64,000 nt of DNA. It comes from Bacteriovoracia bacterium (GTDB lineage Bacteria; Bdellovibrionota; UBA1018; CAIPTA01). The position numbers were made by a program, and so were the translations under genes. Shown here one piece after another: positions 60,204 to 64,000 of this stretch. The notes beneath the pieces are model-generated. The model was given only the letters and a program-made list of their open reading frames with translations. It was not told the origin of the DNA and did no database searches. How positions within the stretch are numbered: the first letter of the stretch is position 1; each line of letters opens with the position of its first letter. Location: positions 39,155-103,154 of the forward strand of contig JBFWVL010000007.1 of NCBI GenBank assembly GCA_050246755.1. Reading direction: 5' to 3'.

Positions 60204-62456
60204 TTAGCAGTTGGAAAACACGTAGACCTGACTGTTGTGAGGTACGAAAGTATAAGCTTTTATCCGCAAGAGCCGCAGGGAATTGAAAATCACCAGAAGC
60301 GAAGCACCGGTGTCGGCGCCGACGGCTAGCCAGAGATTTGCGAATCCCAGAAAAGTAAGCACCAGGAAGGCCGCTTTTAGTAAAATGGCAAAACCGATAT
60401 TGAATCGGATCACGGAGAGCGCCCGGCGGCCTTGCTTGATCGCAACTACTACTTGCTTCAGATCATCTCGCATCAGAGCCACATCGGCCGTTTCGATCGC
60501 CGTATCGGTACCGATACCGCCCATGGCAATTCCCACGGAGGCTTCTGCTAGCGCTGGCGCATCGTTGATTCCGTCCCCGATCATTGCCACCACGCCATAT
60601 TTTTGAACGAGGCGCTTCATTTCCGAAACTTTTCCTTCGGGAAGTAGATCTCCGATGGCTTCCGATATACCGGCCGAGCTAGCTATCGCTGTTGCCGTTC
60701 GTTGATTATCGCCACTCAGCATAATCATGGATTCAATCCCGGCGTCTCTTAGTTCCTGAACCGCTTGCTTTGCGTCCTTCCGTATCACGTCACCCACTGC
60801 CAGGATGCCCAGTACCTCACCTTTGCAGCCAGAATGGGGGCGATGACCGACCACAATTACCGATAGAGATTTCTCTTCTAAGCCCGCGAGTTGCTTTTCG
60901 AGCTCGGGAGTACAAACCCCAAGCTCATGGGCAAAGCGATGGTTTCCGAGAAAGTATTCGTGTCCTTCAATTTTGGCTTCTGCGCCTTTCCCCAGGATAT
61001 TTTTGAAATCCGTGGCGGGCTTCAATGGGATCGATAACCCCTCGGAATAGCGCACCACCGCCACGGCCAAAGGATGCGAAGAGAGTTTTTCCACCGAGGC
61101 CGCTACTTGAACCACATTCTGCTCCGTAGCGTCGCCGATAAGAATTACCTGGTGGACAGTAGGGGTGCCTTCCGTGATCGTGCCGGTTTTATCTACGGCG
61201 ATTGCTCTTACTTTGCCCAAAATCTCCAAAAATGCGCCGCCTTTTACCAGAACACCCTTCCTCGCAAGAGCGGTCAACGCCGAAACGATGGATACTGGAG
61301 TGGAAATCACCAGAGCACAAGGGCAAGCAACAACAAGCAGCACCAACGCTTTATAAAACCACACGCTCCACTCCTGATGAAAAGCGAGTGGGGGAACTGC
61401 AAGAGTTAGAATGGCTAGTACGAAAACTGCGGGGGTATAAATTTTCGCAAAGGAATCTACGAAACGCTCAGAGGGAGCCTTTTGTCCCTGCGCTTCCTCC
61501 ACCATGCGGATGATCTGCGCAACCTTGGAATTTTCGGAAGAAGAGGACACGAGAATTTCCAAAACACTCGACTCGTTAATTGTTCCAGCGAATACGTTAT
61601 CGCCGACCTTTTTTTCAACCGGTGCCGATTCACCAGTGAGTGCCGCCTGATTTACGTAGGACGTTCCATTTTTGACCACTCCATCCATAGGAATTCGCTC
61701 GCCGGATTTTACGAGAATCAGAGATCCGATCACGATGCTTTCGGTCGCGATCTCGCTATGCTTTCCCCTAGAATCAATCAAGGTGGCTGTTTCGGGAGTG
61801 ATGGTGAGCACTTCCCCAATGGCTTTCCGGGCTCTAGCCACGCTAAGAGCTTCCAGCAGTTCTGAGAGGGAAAACAAAAATACAACCGTTGCAGCTTCCG
61901 TCCATTGGCGGATTCCAACCGCGCCTAAAACCGCGACACTCATCAGAACGTTCATGTCCAAGCTTCGTTGTACAAGGGAGCGCCACGCTTTTGGAAAAAC
62001 TAGTGAACCACCAAAAAGCACTGAGGCCCCGCTGAGAGCGGCGGTAACACCCAGGCTGCTCCCCATGCTTTCGGCCCCGAACGCAAGACCGGCGAAGACT
62101 CCTGATAAAAGTACGAGAGCAACTCGTCGCTTATCTGTCGTCTGAACGCCCTTGTCCGGATTTGCTACTCTCACTCCAGTTGACTCGATCTTTTTGCGGA
62201 TTATATCGCTGGAGATTTCCCTGGAGTGCTGAACCTTTACGGTAGAAGCCATCAAGTTAGCCTGAATTTGGCCCACTCCGGGAATAGCTAATGCCTGTTC
62301 AATTGCTTTGATTTCGTCGCCGCAATCCATGCCTGCCACGAGAAATGAACTTATCAGAGTGTTCGGATCACTCTTGAATTCCCGAGGTGGAAGAGTGGCA
62401 GCCGGGTGAATATGGTCATGCCCGCAGCAGTCATCCTTGTGGCCTGGTTTATTCAT
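60204..62456 (-). CDS. zntA: Heavy-metal (Zn/Cd/Pb) P1B-type ATPase, ZntA/CadA-like
   Basis: His/Cys-rich N-terminus, GMDC HMA domain, TGES, CPCALVISTP, DKTGT, GDGINDAP. Confidence 0.93.
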   Translation of the reverse strand: MNKPGHKDDCCGHDHIHPAATLPPREFKSDPNTLISSFLVAGMDCGDEIKAIEQALAIPGVGQIQANLMASTVKVQHSREISSDIIRKKIESTGVRVANPDKGVQTTDKRRVALVLLSGVFAGLAFGAESMGSSLGVTAALSGASVLFGGSLVFPKAWRSLVQRSLDMNVLMSVAVLGAVGIRQWTEAATVVFLFSLSELLEALSVARARKAIGEVLTITPETATLIDSRGKHSEIATESIVIGSLILVKSGERIPMDGVVKNGTSYVNQAALTGESAPVEKKVGDNVFAGTINESSVLEILVSSSSENSKVAQIIRMVEEAQGQKAPSERFVDSFAKIYTPAVFVLAILTLAVPPLAFHQEWSVWFYKALVLLVVACPCALVISTPVSIVSALTALARKGVLVKGGAFLEILGKVRAIAVDKTGTITEGTPTVHQVILIGDATEQNVVQVAASVEKLSSHPLAVAVVRYSEGLSIPLKPATDFKNILGKGAEAKIEGHEYFLGNHRFAHELGVCTPELEKQLAGLEEKSLSVIVVGHRPHSGCKGEVLGILAVGDVIRKDAKQAVQELRDAGIESMIMLSGDNQRTATAIASSAGISEAIGDLLPEGKVSEMKRLVQKYGVVAMIGDGINDAPALAEASVGIAMGGIGTDTAIETADVALMRDDLKQVVVAIKQGRRALSVIRFNIGFAILLKAAFLVLTFLGFANLWLAVGADTGASLLVIFNSLRLLRIKAYTFVPHNSQVYVFSNC

Positions 62457-62480
62457 ATCAATTTGCCTCGCCTTGTATAA

Positions 62481-63410
62481 TCACACGACATTATCTGGTT
62501 CCAGATGGCAGCCAGAGGCGTCTTTTGCCGTTTCAATTTGAACAGTAGAGTGGTGAATCTTAAAGTCGTGATCCAGTTGCTTGGATAAATTTTTTAAAAA
62601 CTCGTCGCCCGGATGACCGGACGGCATGTGCAAGTGCGCAGTAAGTGCGTTTTCAGTCGTGCTCATTGGCCACACGTGCAAATCATGAACGGATGAAACC
62701 CCTGGCTGGGTCTCTAGAAAAGTTTTCAGTTTTTCCAATTCAATTCCTTCCGGGACTCCCAAGGTAATTAGATGCAATGAATCTTTGAGCAAGCGCCAAG
62801 TGCCAAAAAGGATTACCAAACTAATGGCCAGGCTAATTGCAGGATCAAGCCAAATCCATCCAGTTTTTAGGATAAGAAAACCAGCTATCACCACGCCAAG
62901 AGATACTGCCGCATCAGCTGCCATATGAAGGTAGGCTCCCCGAATATTAATATCGCCCTTACGGCCCGACATAAAAAGGAGAGCAGTGGCAGAATTAATT
63001 ACGATACCAATTCCCGCCACGACTATTACGGTTCCGCCAGCAACCGGCTCTGGGTGAGAAAGCCGACCAATTGCTTCCCAGGCGATCCCGCCGATAGCAA
63101 CCAGAAGGAGCAGGGCGTTCGCGAGCGCCGCAAGAATGGAAGTGCTTCGAAACCCGTAGGTGTAGTGCTTTGAGGGTTTTTTATTGGAAAGCCAAATTGC
63201 TCCCCAGGCCAAGGCTAGCCCCAGAACGTCGCTCAGATTGTGCCCGGCATCTGCCATAAGCGCCAGTGAGTGAGAGAGGTACCCGTAAATGCCTTCCACC
63301 AAAACAAAACCAAAATTCAGCGCGATCCCCACGGCAAAGGCAAAATTATAGTTTGCGGGCCCGTGCGAGTGCCCGTGAGGATGGCCGGCATGATCGTGGT
63401 GATCGCTCAT
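62481..63410 (-). CDS. czcD: Cation diffusion facilitator (Co/Zn/Cd efflux)
   Basis: His-rich N-terminus, SLALMADAGHNLSD, NIRGAYLHMAADA, VHDLHVW, HSTVQIE. Confidence 0.93.
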   Translation of the reverse strand: MSDHHDHAGHPHGHSHGPANYNFAFAVGIALNFGFVLVEGIYGYLSHSLALMADAGHNLSDVLGLALAWGAIWLSNKKPSKHYTYGFRSTSILAALANALLLLVAIGGIAWEAIGRLSHPEPVAGGTVIVVAGIGIVINSATALLFMSGRKGDINIRGAYLHMAADAAVSLGVVIAGFLILKTGWIWLDPAISLAISLVILFGTWRLLKDSLHLITLGVPEGIELEKLKTFLETQPGVSSVHDLHVWPMSTTENALTAHLHMPSGHPGDEFLKNLSKQLDHDFKIHHSTVQIETAKDASGCHLEPDNVV

Positions 63411-63446
63411 AATTTTCTGCTCCAAATGTCGTTAGGACTTTAAGGA

Positions 63447-63495
63447 GTATACCCCCATACCCCTTATTGACAAGTGCTCGGCAGGGGAATAGTTT
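63447..63495 (+). promoter_or_regulatory. CsoR/RcnR-type operator and sigma70 promoter
   Basis: GTAT-ACCCCC-ATAC dyad around a C-tract (63447-63460); TTGACA-N17-TAGTTT (63467-63495). Confidence 0.6.
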
Positions 63496-63502
63496 GAATG
63501 AA

Positions 63503-63781
63503 ATGGCCCACAAAAAACACGCTCATGAAGACAAGCAGGCGCTCAAAGTAAGGGTTCGAAAGATTGCAGGCCAGCTCAAGGCCATTGAACAAATGATTGA
63601 GGAAGATAGTGAGTGCCCCGATATTCTCACGCAGGTGGTTTCTGCTAGGAGAGGCTTAAAATCATTTGCGGAAAAGTTGATGCAGGAGCACATGCATCAT
63701 TGCATTTTTGAAGCAGAAAAAGATCAAAGCAAAAAGGGACTAAAGAGCCTTTTGGAAGTGCTAGAGCGGTACGTGGAATAA
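63503..63781 (+). CDS. CsoR/RcnR-family metal-sensing repressor
   Basis: R.RKI.GQ..AI..M.EED.EC.DIL.QV.SAR.GL...EH.HHC; divergent from czcD-zntA. Confidence 0.93.
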   Translation: MAHKKHAHEDKQALKVRVRKIAGQLKAIEQMIEEDSECPDILTQVVSARRGLKSFAEKLMQEHMHHCIFEAEKDQSKKGLKSLLEVLERYVE

Positions 63782-64000
63782 GCGCTTCGAAAAAACACAA
63801 TCGCATGAACGTGTGTATACGTATAAAAATTCTGAAGTATCGGTTTGCCTACGCGGTAGACTGTCCCATTCCGGAGACATGTTAAAATCGGTTGCAGTAT
63901 CTAGCGAAACAAAACACTCAATTGCGCCTTTCAAATGCCGATGGTATTCTAAGATGGTGAAAAGACTTTTAGCATTCTTCCTCGTTATTGCAGCACTGCT

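Larger units (their letters stand above)
57551..64000. mobile_element. Integrated element (genomic island) at the tmRNA 3' end, extending past the window end
   Basis: Integrase abuts ssrA, XRE regulator, visibly lower GC than the upstream chromosome, metal-resistance cargo; the far att site was not seen. Confidence 0.85.

Overview
This window looks like chromosome from a Bdellovibrionota-like (probably predatory) bacterium. The assignment is inferred from the tad-Bd0109-small secreted protein synteny, the tmRNA tag GNEYALAA and many orphan secreted proteins. From left to right it holds: (1) the end of a Tad pilus operon arranged like the Bdellovibrio hit locus, followed by two small secreted proteins with sigma54 promoters; (2) CNNM/CorC transporters, lon and dksA; (3) a sigma54 operon led by an unannotated 47-aa peptide and a sensor-less enhancer-binding protein, opposite a frameshifted NtrC-type regulator; (4) a compact chemosensory cluster with back-to-back sigma28-like promoters; (5) housekeeping genes (tmk, holB, glpD, aspS, hisS, uvrA, orn, tig, truA, pssA) mixed with secreted proteases and outer-membrane proteins; (6) a KaiC-like ATPase / kinase / free-DHp / REC-PilZ signalling cluster; (7) tmRNA (57198-57550); and (8) the left end of an integrated element whose large serine recombinase ORF reads about 58 codons antisense into tmRNA and which carries heavy-metal efflux genes. 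All calls come from reading motifs by eye; no searches were run.
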